Below, in pieces: positions 27,355 to 36,769 of a stretch of 44,299 nt of DNA (position 1 is the first letter of the stretch; each line of letters opens with the position of its first letter). The position numbers were made by a program, and so were the translations under genes. The DNA is taken from positions 1-44,299 of IMG/VR virus record IMGVR_UViG_3300036796_000076. The stretch is one strand, 5' to 3'. The notes beneath the pieces are model-generated. The model worked only from the letters and a program-made list of their open reading frames with translations, ran no database searches and was not told where the DNA came from. The DNA comes from a virus. Its lineage: Duplodnaviria > Caudoviricetes.

Positions 27355-27965
27355 GCAGTAGCATGGTCTATATGCAGATGGACGAAGAGCAGATCGACAA
27401 TGTGCTGGCGTTATTTTCTGATCTCGATGCCAGGGTGATAAAACTGGCTTATAACCGGGCGCTACGCCGCACGGAGGCAACAGTGAAGCAACTGGCGGCA
27501 CGTATGATGCGTGACCGCCTGCAACTTAAAGCTGGTCTGCAAAAGCGGATTAAAGGTCGCATCCATGCGTATATAAAATCCAGCGACTCTGCCGAAGAAA
27601 TGAAATTTTGGTTTGGTCTGAATGACCTGGACCCGTTGATGTTTCGTGGTGGCGCAAAACGGGTCCCTGGTGGGCTAATGATTCGAGGTTCCTACTATGA
27701 GCGCGCGTTCGTCGCTGTGATTCATGGTAAGAAGAAGGTTATGCAACGTGCCGGTGCGGCCAGGAATCCAATAGAACGTCTGATGTTACCGATTAGCGAC
27801 GAGATGATAGTTGCGTTAGAAGATGAAATTTTTGTCGCTATTCCCGATATTTTCCTGCGTCATTTCGAAACGGATCTGCGGGGCCGAGTGAAGTCGAATG
27901 AATGGAAAAACGGCTGGACTGATAGGCACATGTCAGCGGCAGCCGGTTCAATAGGAGGCTGGTAA
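27351..27965 (+). CDS. Minor tail/neck protein (gpZ-like)
   Basis: Basic protein, AYNRALRRT and WFGLN motifs; position. Confidence 0.65.
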   Translation: MSSSMVYMQMDEEQIDNVLALFSDLDARVIKLAYNRALRRTEATVKQLAARMMRDRLQLKAGLQKRIKGRIHAYIKSSDSAEEMKFWFGLNDLDPLMFRGGAKRVPGGLMIRGSYYERAFVAVIHGKKKVMQRAGAARNPIERLMLPISDEMIVALEDEIFVAIPDIFLRHFETDLRGRVKSNEWKNGWTDRHMSAAAGSIGGW

Positions 27966-28513
27966 TGGGGATCATGATTGAAGCAGCCAGCCAGTTTTAC
28001 GAAAAGATAGAAGCTGGTCTGCGTAAAAAATTAGTCGAGAGTATCTTGGTTGCCGGCTACGACGATATCAACCGGCCTGAAATTAAAGGGCCGACCGTAC
28101 TAATCCAATTTGAGGATGCGCATCCGGGGCGTCGTAGCTCAACTGGGCGTTATTGCCATGTTCAGACGGTCACTGCGCATTGTGTTGTACCAACATCAGC
28201 GCCGCGAGCGGTGCTCCTTGCGACGGATTTAGCGTTTGAAGTTGAGCGCATTGTTGACGGCAATAATTGGGGGATCTCGCCTGAATGTTGTGGCCAGCCT
28301 GATATTCAGGTTAATGGTGATACCTCCTTTTTGTTTGGCTGGGATGGTGTTGAAGCACGAGGTGTTCAATGGCAGCAGAATATCTATCTCGGCGCGGATT
28401 ATTTTGATGCTGACGAAGAACGCGCCGGCATCCGGCTGGCGGTAAACCCGCAACACCCTGATAAGCCTGGTGAATACCATCCATTTCCCCCTGACAGGGG
28501 CGGGGAGGGCTGA
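27965..28513 (+). CDS. Putative tail completion/terminator protein
   Basis: Position; NNWG and VQWQQNIYLG motifs. Confidence 0.6.
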   Translation: MGIMIEAASQFYEKIEAGLRKKLVESILVAGYDDINRPEIKGPTVLIQFEDAHPGRRSSTGRYCHVQTVTAHCVVPTSAPRAVLLATDLAFEVERIVDGNNWGISPECCGQPDIQVNGDTSFLFGWDGVEARGVQWQQNIYLGADYFDADEERAGIRLAVNPQHPDKPGEYHPFPPDRGGEG

Positions 28514-29103
28514 TGCTTGAAGGGTTGCTGAGAATGCACTTGGCTCCGATTCATGAGGCCCTTGCAGAACTTCATGATGCTGCTGAAGAAAACAGGCGGC
28601 AGGGGAATAACCTTATCGCCAAAGGTGTAGTGGAATCGGTTGTGGAGGGACGGCGGATTGTCGTTGCTATAGGTGAAAATAAAACTCCTCCGATTCAGTT
28701 TTTTGTGCCGGCAGCGGGAAACGTTACTGACTATCGATGCCCTTCCCCAGGAGAAATTGCCATAGTGCTGAATTTTGGCGCAGGTGATGACTTTGGATCG
28801 AGTATCGCACTCTGCGGGGTGGAGTCGGGGGCATTTCCGTACCCCACTAATGACCCCAATATCACCATGACTAAATATGGTGATAATGCCTATACAAAAG
28901 TCGATCTCACCACTGGCGCAATGGAAATCCACGCCGCAGGCGGTGTGACTTATGTCGATACTCCATTTGTTAAAAACAAAGACGGTGAGATGGCCGATAA
29001 AGTCAGAACGATGGCTGCAGATCGTGAAATCTTTGATGGCCATAACCACCCTGGCGATAGCGGTGGTCAGACGAAAGAACCGAACCAGAAACAAGGGGGT
29101 TAA
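28513..29103 (+). CDS. Baseplate spike (P2 gpV-like)
   Basis: OB-fold start, PSPGE, C-terminal HNH iron-binding motif (GHNHPGDSGG.T). Confidence 0.88.
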   Translation: MLEGLLRMHLAPIHEALAELHDAAEENRRQGNNLIAKGVVESVVEGRRIVVAIGENKTPPIQFFVPAAGNVTDYRCPSPGEIAIVLNFGAGDDFGSSIALCGVESGAFPYPTNDPNITMTKYGDNAYTKVDLTTGAMEIHAAGGVTYVDTPFVKNKDGEMADKVRTMAADREIFDGHNHPGDSGGQTKEPNQKQGG

Positions 29104-29442
29104 ATGCTCGGAATGGACCGACGAACGGGCCGGGCCATTGACGATACAGAGCAACTGATATCCCGACTGGCCCAAGTCATGACTACTCCGAAGGGTGCCC
29201 GAAACCGTGTTAGAGACTTCGGATCTGATGTCCCCAAATATTTCTCCGCAAATTTAAATCCCACTACAGCCCTTTTAATGAAATCAGCGGCGTTCTCGGC
29301 TCTGAAAGAGCCAGTCAACGGCATGCTGGACTTCGACTGCAGCAAAATAACAATCCAGCCGACGGAAACGGGCTGTTTAATGCAGTTTGCGGGCAAGTTT
29401 AACGGGAAAACGACAACAGTGAGTGTGCCGCTAAATGTTTAA
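29104..29442 (+). CDS. Baseplate protein W (gp25-like)
   Basis: GMDRRTG, TTPKGAR..RDFGS. Confidence 0.88.
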   Translation: MLGMDRRTGRAIDDTEQLISRLAQVMTTPKGARNRVRDFGSDVPKYFSANLNPTTALLMKSAAFSALKEPVNGMLDFDCSKITIQPTETGCLMQFAGKFNGKTTTVSVPLNV

Positions 29443-30439
29443 CCCATTAACTGATCGCCTGCCAGTCCCTGATGCGCTGACCGTCACCGGCGCAACGGCC
29501 CGCTTGCCTGAATTGAAAGAGGCGCTACTTGCAGAGGTTGAGAAACTTCGCCCTGCAGACGTCGAAGCGATTACCGAGACGCTGGAAAATAACGCTGAAA
29601 TGCTGGTTGTGTTGCTGCAGGCTATGTCGCAGGTCATTACCTCTCGCGAGAGGCGGGCTAACTGGCAGCTTCAGCAATTACTGGTTTTATGGGCCAAAGG
29701 CAGCAATCTGGATGCTCGCTCGGCAGAAATGGGTGTTACCCGGCAAGTTATTACGAAAGGCGATCCTAACGCATTTCCTCCCATCGAAGACGTGATGGAA
29801 AGTGACGATGATCTGCGTTTCCGCGCACTTCTGGCACCCTACGGGTTTGCAACAACGGGGAGCCGCACGGCGTATCGGTTCCATGCAATGACGCTCGGCG
29901 AAAAGCCGACAGTGACGATCGAGTCACCATCTGCCGGCACGGTTACGGTAACGTATAAGTTCCCTGAAGCGTCGCCGACAGCGAGAGTTCGTGATGCCAG
30001 CCCAAGAATGGAAGCCCCGGAGACAGGCAGGGTCGGTGTCTGGATATTATCGCGGGAAGCGGAAAACGGAGTCCCCAGCGAGGAATTGCTCTCCACAGCA
30101 GAAAAATACCTGAACCGGGATGACGTCGCGCTGGAAAGTGATGAAATCACGACCTACCCAGCGGAACCACTGGAGTACAAGGTAAAAGCAGTTCTGCACG
30201 GTAAAAACACCCCGGACGGCCAGATTGATCTTGATGCGATAAAGACCACAGTCGAAACCTACACCCGCAACGCGCAGCGCCTTGAGGGAAGCATTGATAT
30301 CTCCATCCTGTATTACCTGCTGCAGTCAGCGCAAAGCGTCGTAAAAGTCGATTTGCTGGAGCCTACAAAATCGGTGGAAGCCAGTTACAGACAAGCGCCG
30401 TACTGTACAGGCGTGGAGCTGGAGATTCAGTATGACTGA
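29435..30439 (+). CDS. Baseplate protein J
   Basis: AKGSNLD, ESDDDLR.R, GSRTAYRFHA, QAPYCT. Confidence 0.92.
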   Translation: MFNPLTDRLPVPDALTVTGATARLPELKEALLAEVEKLRPADVEAITETLENNAEMLVVLLQAMSQVITSRERRANWQLQQLLVLWAKGSNLDARSAEMGVTRQVITKGDPNAFPPIEDVMESDDDLRFRALLAPYGFATTGSRTAYRFHAMTLGEKPTVTIESPSAGTVTVTYKFPEASPTARVRDASPRMEAPETGRVGVWILSREAENGVPSEELLSTAEKYLNRDDVALESDEITTYPAEPLEYKVKAVLHGKNTPDGQIDLDAIKTTVETYTRNAQRLEGSIDISILYYLLQSAQSVVKVDLLEPTKSVEASYRQAPYCTGVELEIQYD

Positions 30440-31040
30440 CGATCGTTCCCTTCAGCCTGATAACCGTTCTGGCCTGCAAACAGCTCTGGAGAAAATTCTG
30501 GATAATGCGATGGCCACAATCGAAGCAGAGGCTCCGTTTCGAACCCTTCTGTTTCCAATGCAGGCTCCTAAGCAGTTTTTGCCGTCGCTGGCGATAGAGC
30601 GTGGTGTTCAGGATTGGGCGGCAACGGATACCGAGAATGCGATCAGGAATACGGTAGCAAATGGCCTGATTATTCAGTCCCGATCGTGTACCCGGAATGG
30701 TATAGCTCAGGCTCTTATAGCGCTGGGTTTTGATGCCCGTGTCACCAGAAGTGGCCCGTATTCAATCAGCGTGGTTGCCAGCCTTAGTGATCAGCCGCTT
30801 GATGGTAAAACCAGTAAACGAGTCGGTGATCGCATATCCACATATAAAGCGGAGCGGGACAGTGTTTCTCTGACGATGGTCCGTAAGGCATCTATTTCTG
30901 GCCGTGTTGGTATAGCAACAAGAACCGGCCAGGTAATCCGAGTCCCTTATTACTCACCTGGGGCATTAAGCGTATCTGTTAGTCCTTTAGCAGGCGTCGC
31001 TAATCGCCAAATAAGATACCTGAAAGTAAGAGTGGAATAA
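30432..31040 (+). CDS. Baseplate/tail protein I
   Basis: SLQPDNRS.L, FLPSLAIERGV.DW; lies between J and the fibre. Confidence 0.85.
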   Translation: MTDDRSLQPDNRSGLQTALEKILDNAMATIEAEAPFRTLLFPMQAPKQFLPSLAIERGVQDWAATDTENAIRNTVANGLIIQSRSCTRNGIAQALIALGFDARVTRSGPYSISVVASLSDQPLDGKTSKRVGDRISTYKAERDSVSLTMVRKASISGRVGIATRTGQVIRVPYYSPGALSVSVSPLAGVANRQIRYLKVRVE

Positions 31041-31041
31041 T

Positions 31042-32310
31042 ATGGCTAGGCAGTATTACGGAATATTAACGACTAAAGGGCGCGCCCTTTATGCAAATGC
31101 GTTGTTATTAAATCAGGATGTTAATCTTAGCGAAATGGCAATTGATGATACCGTTAATTTTTTGCCAGATGAAAAACTTGAGTCATTACCGTCAGAAGTT
31201 TATCGCGCTGAATTAAACTCGCTGGAAAAAGACGATGATAACGACGAGATGGTTATTGCCGAGTTGGTAATACCATCGCAACGTGGCGGTTTTTATTGTC
31301 GTGGTTTTGGTCTTTATACGGATACCGGAATATTGTTCGCCGTTGGCAGTCTGGCTGAAACATACAAGGCTACTGAAGACGAGGGCAGCGGGGGAGAACT
31401 GGTCATCCAGGCTGATATCGTTGTGACGAACACAGCGGCATTAGTGTTGAAAGTTGACCCGACGACTGTTCTTGCTACACGCGAAACCGTTGACAGAGCT
31501 ATCGCTGCGCATGAAGCCAAACTGGACCCTCATCCACAGTATGCGCCGAAAAACAGCCCTACACTCACGGGCATACCAAAGGCTCCAACGCCCGCAGAAG
31601 GTAATAATACTACGCAGATCGCTACCACAGCTTTTGTGCAAGCAATAGCGACGGCACTGAACACCGCACTGGCGCTCAAAGCTCCGCTAGCCAGCCCTGG
31701 GCTGACCGGGACACCGACAGCGCCTACGGCGGCACAATCGACGAACAACACGCAAATTGCGACGACAGCTTTTGTTAAATCAGCTATCGCTGCACTTGTT
31801 GCGTCATCGCCGGCAGCGCTCGATACGCTGAATGAACTGGCTGCTGCGCTGGGTAATGATCCTAATTTTGCCACGACAATGACCAATGCGCTTGCCGGAA
31901 AGCAGCCGTTGGACAGCACGCTGACAAACCTTAGCGGAAAGGACGTCGCCGGGCTTCTCTCATACCTTGGTTTAGGGGAAGCGAAGTATGTAACCAGTCG
32001 GGGGAGTAATGCTAATGGCGCATGGGTAATCTGGTCAGACGGTGCTATTGACCTCTATGGACGAACGCCGACAATCGCCGATGGGTTAGCAACCGTAACT
32101 TACCCAATCACTCTGCCAAGAGTGGGCCACTACATTTCTATGGCTGAACGTCTTTCTTCAGATTCGGGGTCTTCTGTTCAACAGGTTCACGTATCCATGA
32201 TTCTTGATAACACCATATCAACCAGCGGATTTAAGGCTCGATGTCAGATGGTTACCGGAGCCACTTCGAGCAACGGTTTTTCGTGGCGTTTGTATTGCCC
32301 ACCAAATTAA
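31042..32310 (+). CDS. Tail fibre (P2 gpH-like), constant part plus the currently expressed tip
   Basis: YYGILTTKG N-terminal domain, DPHPQY, duplicated SP.LTG.P.APT...TQIATTAFV repeat, LDTLNELAAALGNDPNF; crossover at YLGLGEA. Confidence 0.93.
   Translation: MARQYYGILTTKGRALYANALLLNQDVNLSEMAIDDTVNFLPDEKLESLPSEVYRAELNSLEKDDDNDEMVIAELVIPSQRGGFYCRGFGLYTDTGILFAVGSLAETYKATEDEGSGGELVIQADIVVTNTAALVLKVDPTTVLATRETVDRAIAAHEAKLDPHPQYAPKNSPTLTGIPKAPTPAEGNNTTQIATTAFVQAIATALNTALALKAPLASPGLTGTPTAPTAAQSTNNTQIATTAFVKSAIAALVASSPAALDTLNELAAALGNDPNFATTMTNALAGKQPLDSTLTNLSGKDVAGLLSYLGLGEAKYVTSRGSNANGAWVIWSDGAIDLYGRTPTIADGLATVTYPITLPRVGHYISMAERLSSDSGSSVQQVHVSMILDNTISTSGFKARCQMVTGATSSNGFSWRLYCPPN
31955..31980 (+). 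repeat. Invertase crossover site L (gix/pix/cix-like)
   Basis: TTCTCTCATACC-TT-GGTTTAGGGGAA, 26 bp. Confidence 0.88.
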
Positions 32311-32325
32311 ACAGGGGATTTAGCT

Positions 32326-32511
32326 GTGAGATATTTCAATCCGGTAACGATGACGGAAGTATTACCTGGTTTTCATGATATGGCGGGTGCTATTGCTCTA
32401 CATGACGATAACTGGTTTTTCACAACATCAGAGATACCTGACGGCATGGAACTCGCCGTTAATGATAACGGCGAGCCAGTACTTATTGATACTACTGAAC
32501 GGGAGGAATAG
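32326..32511 (+). CDS. Short tail-fibre assembly-like protein for tip 1
   Basis: 61 aa; YFNP...DNWFF...PDG...NDNGEPVLID resembles a Tfa N-terminal part. Confidence 0.65.
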   Translation: MRYFNPVTMTEVLPGFHDMAGAIALHDDNWFFTTSEIPDGMELAVNDNGEPVLIDTTEREE

Positions 32512-32926
32512 GCCAGTCGATATTTGATGCGCTGGAGGTATCAACAGATTCCAGCGCATCCAGATAATCAAGCCACAGGCCGTATCGCTTCAGTTCATCG
32601 CCCTTAAGACGCCCCAACGCAGCTTTCCCAGGCCATTGCCTGCTGTTCATATATTCGTTAGCCTGGTTGATACGTTCTTGCTTTTCAGCATCGGCAGCCG
32701 CGACAAGTTCTTCATGCGTTGGTTCGGGTTTATCAATCCACATAGGAAATCCATCACCCCCAGCAGACCTTATTTTCCCTACAGGTGGCTCAGCCATAAA
32801 TTCTTTTGCAATATCATTTGGAACTTCAATCCCATCATCAGGCCATGTTCCAGCAGATTCATATTCAGGTTGCAATGAAAGCGGATAAAAAGCGTTTTTA
32901 GAAGGTGAATAAAAATATAAATTCAT
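32492..32926 (-). CDS. Tail fibre assembly chaperone (Tfa/gpG-like) for tip 2
   Basis: YFYSPSKNAFYP, WPDD, W.DYLDAL..VDTS...IDWP..P. Confidence 0.9.
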   Translation of the reverse strand: MNLYFYSPSKNAFYPLSLQPEYESAGTWPDDGIEVPNDIAKEFMAEPPVGKIRSAGGDGFPMWIDKPEPTHEELVAAADAEKQERINQANEYMNSRQWPGKAALGRLKGDELKRYGLWLDYLDALESVDTSSASNIDWPIPPVQ

Positions 32927-32929
32927 TGT

Positions 32930-33277
32930 TTAAATCCCCATGACAAGAAACATTGTACCAAAGGCTCCAGCAAAGGACGGTCTGATTGTTATCGAACTAT
33001 TGTTGAAAGCCACAACTTTATAGGTCGGCGCTGCGGTTGTTGTACCATCAAACCACATGGCACTCACTGCATATAGGGCATTGGGAAAGCTGACGGGTAA
33101 ATTAATTAACGTCCCACCATTGCCTACCTGGCTAACTGAGGACTGAAACGATTGCACAATATTACCCGATGGTAATTTGAACCACTGGGTGCCAGCCCCA
33201 AACGCGTTCATATCAGGAATTTGGCTGGTGCCTGGCGTCGAGCCAACGTTTCTTTTCGCTGCTTCCCCTAAACCAAC
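32930..33277 (-). other. Silent alternative tail-fibre C-terminal cassette
   Basis: Reads GLGEAAKRNVGSTPGTSQIPDMNAF...WFKLPSG...LVMGI* from the right crossover; in frame with the fibre after inversion. Confidence 0.88.
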
Positions 33278-33288
33278 GTTTTTTATAA
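33263..33288 (-). repeat. Invertase crossover site R (inverted)
   Basis: Reverse complement TTATAAAAAACG-TT-GGTTTAGGGGAA; core and inner arm identical to site L. Confidence 0.88.
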
Positions 33289-33348
33289 CTCCTGAAAATC
33301 AGACGATATTTCGCCGTTTCTCCTGTTTTCACAACAGGAGAAATACCC

Positions 33349-33906
33349 ATGATTTACGGTTATGCCCGCGTTTCAACGAACCATCAGGATACTGAACTTC
33401 AGCGTCTTGCTCTCGAATCAGCAGGGTGTGAGCACATAGCGGAAGAGCATGCCAGCGGGCGGAAATCGAACAGGCCGGTTCTAAAGCGGCTGATCGCCAC
33501 TATGCAACCGGGGGATGAACTGGTGGTATGGAAGCTAGACAGGATAGGACGCAACGTCCTGCATGCGTTACTGATGTTTCAGCAACTACAGGAAAAGGGT
33601 ATCAACTTCCGCAGTATTACTGATGGTGTGGACTTAAAAACAGCCAGCGGTCGCTATAACTTTCGTAACATTCTGTCCGCTGCACAATATGAATCAGACC
33701 TCAATAGTGAACGAACGCTCGCTGGTTTGGCTGTAGCCAGAGCAAAAGGGCGGATTGGTGGTCGTCGCCCAAAATTTACTGAAGAACAATGGGAACAGAT
33801 GGGGAGGTTAATAAATAAAGGAATATCAAGAAAGCAGATTTCAATTATTTATGACGTGGGTATTTCAACGTTATATAGAAAATTCCCTGCGATGCTTCAC
33901 CAATAA
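33349..33906 (+). CDS. Serine DNA invertase (Gin/Pin/Cin/Hin family)
   Basis: GYARVST, VWKLDRIGR, ERTLAGL..AR.KGRIGGR, C-terminal HTH STLYRKFPA. Confidence 0.95.
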   Translation: MIYGYARVSTNHQDTELQRLALESAGCEHIAEEHASGRKSNRPVLKRLIATMQPGDELVVWKLDRIGRNVLHALLMFQQLQEKGINFRSITDGVDLKTASGRYNFRNILSAAQYESDLNSERTLAGLAVARAKGRIGGRRPKFTEEQWEQMGRLINKGISRKQISIIYDVGISTLYRKFPAMLHQ

Positions 33907-33920
33907 AATCTGAATATCCG

Positions 33921-33945
33921 AAAGCGACTGAGAAGTCGTTTTTTT
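33921..33945 (+). terminator. Terminator after the invertase
   Basis: AAAGCGACT-gaga-AGTCGTTT plus T run. Confidence 0.6.
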
Positions 33946-33959
33946 ATGTAGAGGAAAAT

Positions 33960-34148
33960 ATGCAGAAGAAAAAATATGTAGTCAGTATCGGCGTTGAACA
34001 TCCAGGGACTGGTCATTGGTTGCCAGCAGGAACGGAAGTGGAACTGTCGGAACGGCAGGCAAAAATTATGCTGCAGAACGGCCACATTAAGTTATTTGCA
34101 GACGTCAAAAAAAACCGAGTAGTAAGGGAATCCCGTGCCAAAAATTGA
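33960..34148 (+). CDS. Small hypothetical protein preceding the sheath
   Basis: GAGG RBS; G.EVELSERQAK..L motif. Confidence 0.7.
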   Translation: MQKKKYVVSIGVEHPGTGHWLPAGTEVELSERQAKIMLQNGHIKLFADVKKNRVVRESRAKN

Positions 34149-35574
34149 GAATTTTGTACATAACGGTGCATCCGTCGAATTTCAGGCAGCGCCGGCTGCA
34201 ATGGGGCCGATTGGTGCAACAGTTTTTGGGCTAGTTGGTACAGCGCCAAACGTTGTGGCCAGCGTACCACTGAATAAGCCCTTCCGCGTGAACAACCCTG
34301 CAGCGTTGGCAAAACTGGACCCCACGGGGGCAGAAGCCGGTACGCTGTATCCTGCCATCTATGCCATTCAGCAGTTGGCCAACGTTGTTTGTTATGCAGT
34401 GGTAGTTGAAGAAGGAGACGATGCTCCAGAAGATAAGGACTATACGGGCACCATTGTTTCGGTTTCCGAAGATGCAGAGGCTGGGACCCTCGCAATCACG
34501 CTCAAGGATAGTACGTTAACAGTTGATGTAGTTGATGCTACAGGCTGGACGGTGAGCGTGGGTGGTAAAACGGCTGATATCGTTAGCTATGACGTTAGTA
34601 ACGATGATGTGCTGTTTATCAACGCCGGGGCGATTACAGCGGCAGATCTGCCTGCTGAAACGGTGCTCACTATACACGGGAAGGTTTTGGCGGGTGCGAC
34701 CACGGTCGCAAATATCATCGGCGGTATTGACCCCCAAACGGGCCGATTAACGGGGATGCAGGCGCTTAAAGGTACTCCAGAGGCTCTGACTCATATCAGT
34801 TGTCCGGGTTTCCCGCAAAAAGCAGTTGCTGACTCTCTGGCAGCGCTTGGCGCGAAGATTTTTGCAATTCCTGTAGGTGATGGCCCCAGCACGAACGATG
34901 GAGATGCTATTGCCCTGTCAGAGAGCATGGGGACAGTGGGAACAGGGTACGACTCGTATTACTTGGTTGATCCGATGGTGAAAGTCTACAGCCGTGCTGA
35001 GAAGGACTATGTGTACGGCTCTGCCAGCGCTCAGGCGTTGACCTGCTTTGCTCGCGTTAAGCAGTGGGAGTCTCCGGGGAAAGGGCGCATGTCTGTGAAT
35101 ATCGATGGGCTGCAGCGACACATCGACTACAACCTACTTGATAAAACCACGAACGGCGATCTTCTTAATGCGAACGGCGTCAGCTACTTTGCTCGCACAT
35201 CGCTGGGCGGATACTCGCTGATTGGGAACCGTACCGTTAGCGGTCGCTTTGTTTCTCAGGTTGGTCTTGAATACGCGATCATTCGCAAGCTGCTGGCCAC
35301 CACGGAACAGGGGATGGCGTATAACCTGACCAAAACGTTTATGCAGCAGCGTGTAAACCAGATTAATACCTGGCTTGCCGGCTTGCAGACAGAAGAGGCG
35401 CTGATTGGCGCGAAGGTTTATCTGCATCCTTCCCTCAATACGGTAGACACATATACGAACGGTGAATGGCATATCGCGATCAACTATGCCGGTTACTCAC
35501 CGAATGAGCATGTTGTTTATCATCTGGCCGAAGATACCGGCATCGTTGAATCATTCTTAGAGGAAATTCTGTAA
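34135..35574 (+). CDS. Contractile tail sheath (P2 FI-like) with inserted domain
   Basis: FVHNG, GLVGTAP, IIGG...TGMQAL, WESPG, IGNRT. Confidence 0.93.
   Translation: MPKIENFVHNGASVEFQAAPAAMGPIGATVFGLVGTAPNVVASVPLNKPFRVNNPAALAKLDPTGAEAGTLYPAIYAIQQLANVVCYAVVVEEGDDAPEDKDYTGTIVSVSEDAEAGTLAITLKDSTLTVDVVDATGWTVSVGGKTADIVSYDVSNDDVLFINAGAITAADLPAETVLTIHGKVLAGATTVANIIGGIDPQTGRLTGMQALKGTPEALTHISCPGFPQKAVADSLAALGAKIFAIPVGDGPSTNDGDAIALSESMGTVGTGYDSYYLVDPMVKVYSRAEKDYVYGSASAQALTCFARVKQWESPGKGRMSVNIDGLQRHIDYNLLDKTTNGDLLNANGVSYFARTSLGGYSLIGNRTVSGRFVSQVGLEYAIIRKLLATTEQGMAYNLTKTFMQQRVNQINTWLAGLQTEEALIGAKVYLHPSLNTVDTYTNGEWHIAINYAGYSPNEHVVYHLAEDTGIVESFLEEIL
34695..34710. promoter_or_regulatory. Centromere 6 (inside the sheath gene)
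   Basis: TGCGACCACGGTCGCA. Confidence 0.85.
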
Positions 35575-36080
35575 TGGGTGGCGTTTTAACTCGCATGGCG
35601 CGTCGTGCAACTGTACAGGGTATTCCCTTGATGCTGACGCTTGAAGATGTATCTGATCCAGCCCCGGCGAAAGTGATGGAAAAGACCCGTGGCGGCTCGT
35701 TCATCGAACGTGAAGTCAACACTGGTATTGAAGCAATGAGCGCCAGTTTAACTATTACCGGCGCGACGTCAGATGTTCTGGCTGTGTATGGCCTGACTAC
35801 TGGCAGAACGGCAGCGGTAACGGTCGAAGAAGCGTATCGCGATGAAGATGGCAACAAATATACGGTTGTCTCGGAGTGGATCGGGGAAGCCAGTAAAATT
35901 GAGGACAGCAACACAAAGATGGGTGAGCTGGCCCAGACGGTTATCTCGTTTTCCCCTTCGTGGAAAAAGAAAACCATCAATGGGGTTATCGCCTGGGAAG
36001 TTGCCACCAACGGTAGCGTGATGAACCTCGGTACTGAAGATATTCTTGCTGAATTCAGGGCGATGGTTGGCCTGTATTAA
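35574..36080 (+). CDS. Tail tube (P2 FII-like)
   Basis: 168 aa directly after the sheath; RGG...G.EAM, D.LAEFR..VGL. Confidence 0.85.
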   Translation: MGGVLTRMARRATVQGIPLMLTLEDVSDPAPAKVMEKTRGGSFIEREVNTGIEAMSASLTITGATSDVLAVYGLTTGRTAAVTVEEAYRDEDGNKYTVVSEWIGEASKIEDSNTKMGELAQTVISFSPSWKKKTINGVIAWEVATNGSVMNLGTEDILAEFRAMVGLY

Positions 36081-36101
36081 TTCCATTCTTACGTTTCGAT
36101 G

Positions 36102-36127
36102 AACCCCGCATATTGCGGGGTTTTTTT
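36102..36127 (+). terminator. Terminator after the tube gene
   Basis: AACCCCGC-atatt-GCGGGGTT plus T run. Confidence 0.8.
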
Positions 36128-36142
36128 ATATCTGGAGATTCT

Positions 36143-36769
36143 ATGTATAGCCGCACAATCCCTCTTTTTAAACCACTACAAACATCTGCCGGTGTGTTTC
36201 GCGAAGTTGTTGTCAACACAATTACGGCTAAACAGACGCGTTGCATTCGTGAGAAGTACGATCTGGATCATGACTTAGAAAGTATGGCTCTGATGGATTA
36301 CACATTTGACTTAGTGCAGGCCATGACAGGGTTATCAGAGGCTGAGCTATCCCTGTTATCTACACCGGACTACAACACGATTCAGGATGAAGTCGACAAC
36401 TTATCCAGCTTGACAAGCGAAGCACTGCTGAAAGCAGATTTTGCTCGTCGCCGGCAGGCAGGTGAAAAAGCCAAAGCTCCAGAGTTTTCTCTTGATAACC
36501 CGACATTGTTGGTTCCTGTCGAAGATGAAATTAAAGGGAAGATTACTGATTATCGTTTGCTCCCACCAACCGTTGGACTGACGCGAAAACTGCGAAGCGA
36601 AAAAGATAAACATAAGCGTGGCATGGCTATCTCCTCTCAGTGTACCGGGCTTCATCCCGATATCATCGACCAGTTCCATATGCCGGACTTCAACTACTTG
36701 ATGGAGAAAATGAAAGATTTTTTGACAGAAGGGTCGGCATTCTTTCCGAAGCAGACGTCGACCGATTAA
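36143..36769 (+). CDS. Tail assembly chaperone (gpE-like, two tandem domains)
   Basis: Two ..TGL....I/L......PD(Y/F)N repeats; between tube and tape measure; GGAG RBS. Confidence 0.85.
   Translation: MYSRTIPLFKPLQTSAGVFREVVVNTITAKQTRCIREKYDLDHDLESMALMDYTFDLVQAMTGLSEAELSLLSTPDYNTIQDEVDNLSSLTSEALLKADFARRRQAGEKAKAPEFSLDNPTLLVPVEDEIKGKITDYRLLPPTVGLTRKLRSEKDKHKRGMAISSQCTGLHPDIIDQFHMPDFNYLMEKMKDFLTEGSAFFPKQTSTD

Noticed and set aside
31550-31780. Fibre-internal duplication as a DGR template/variable pair
   Set aside because: It is the common tail-fibre repeat; differences are not adenine-specific and no reverse transcriptase is present.
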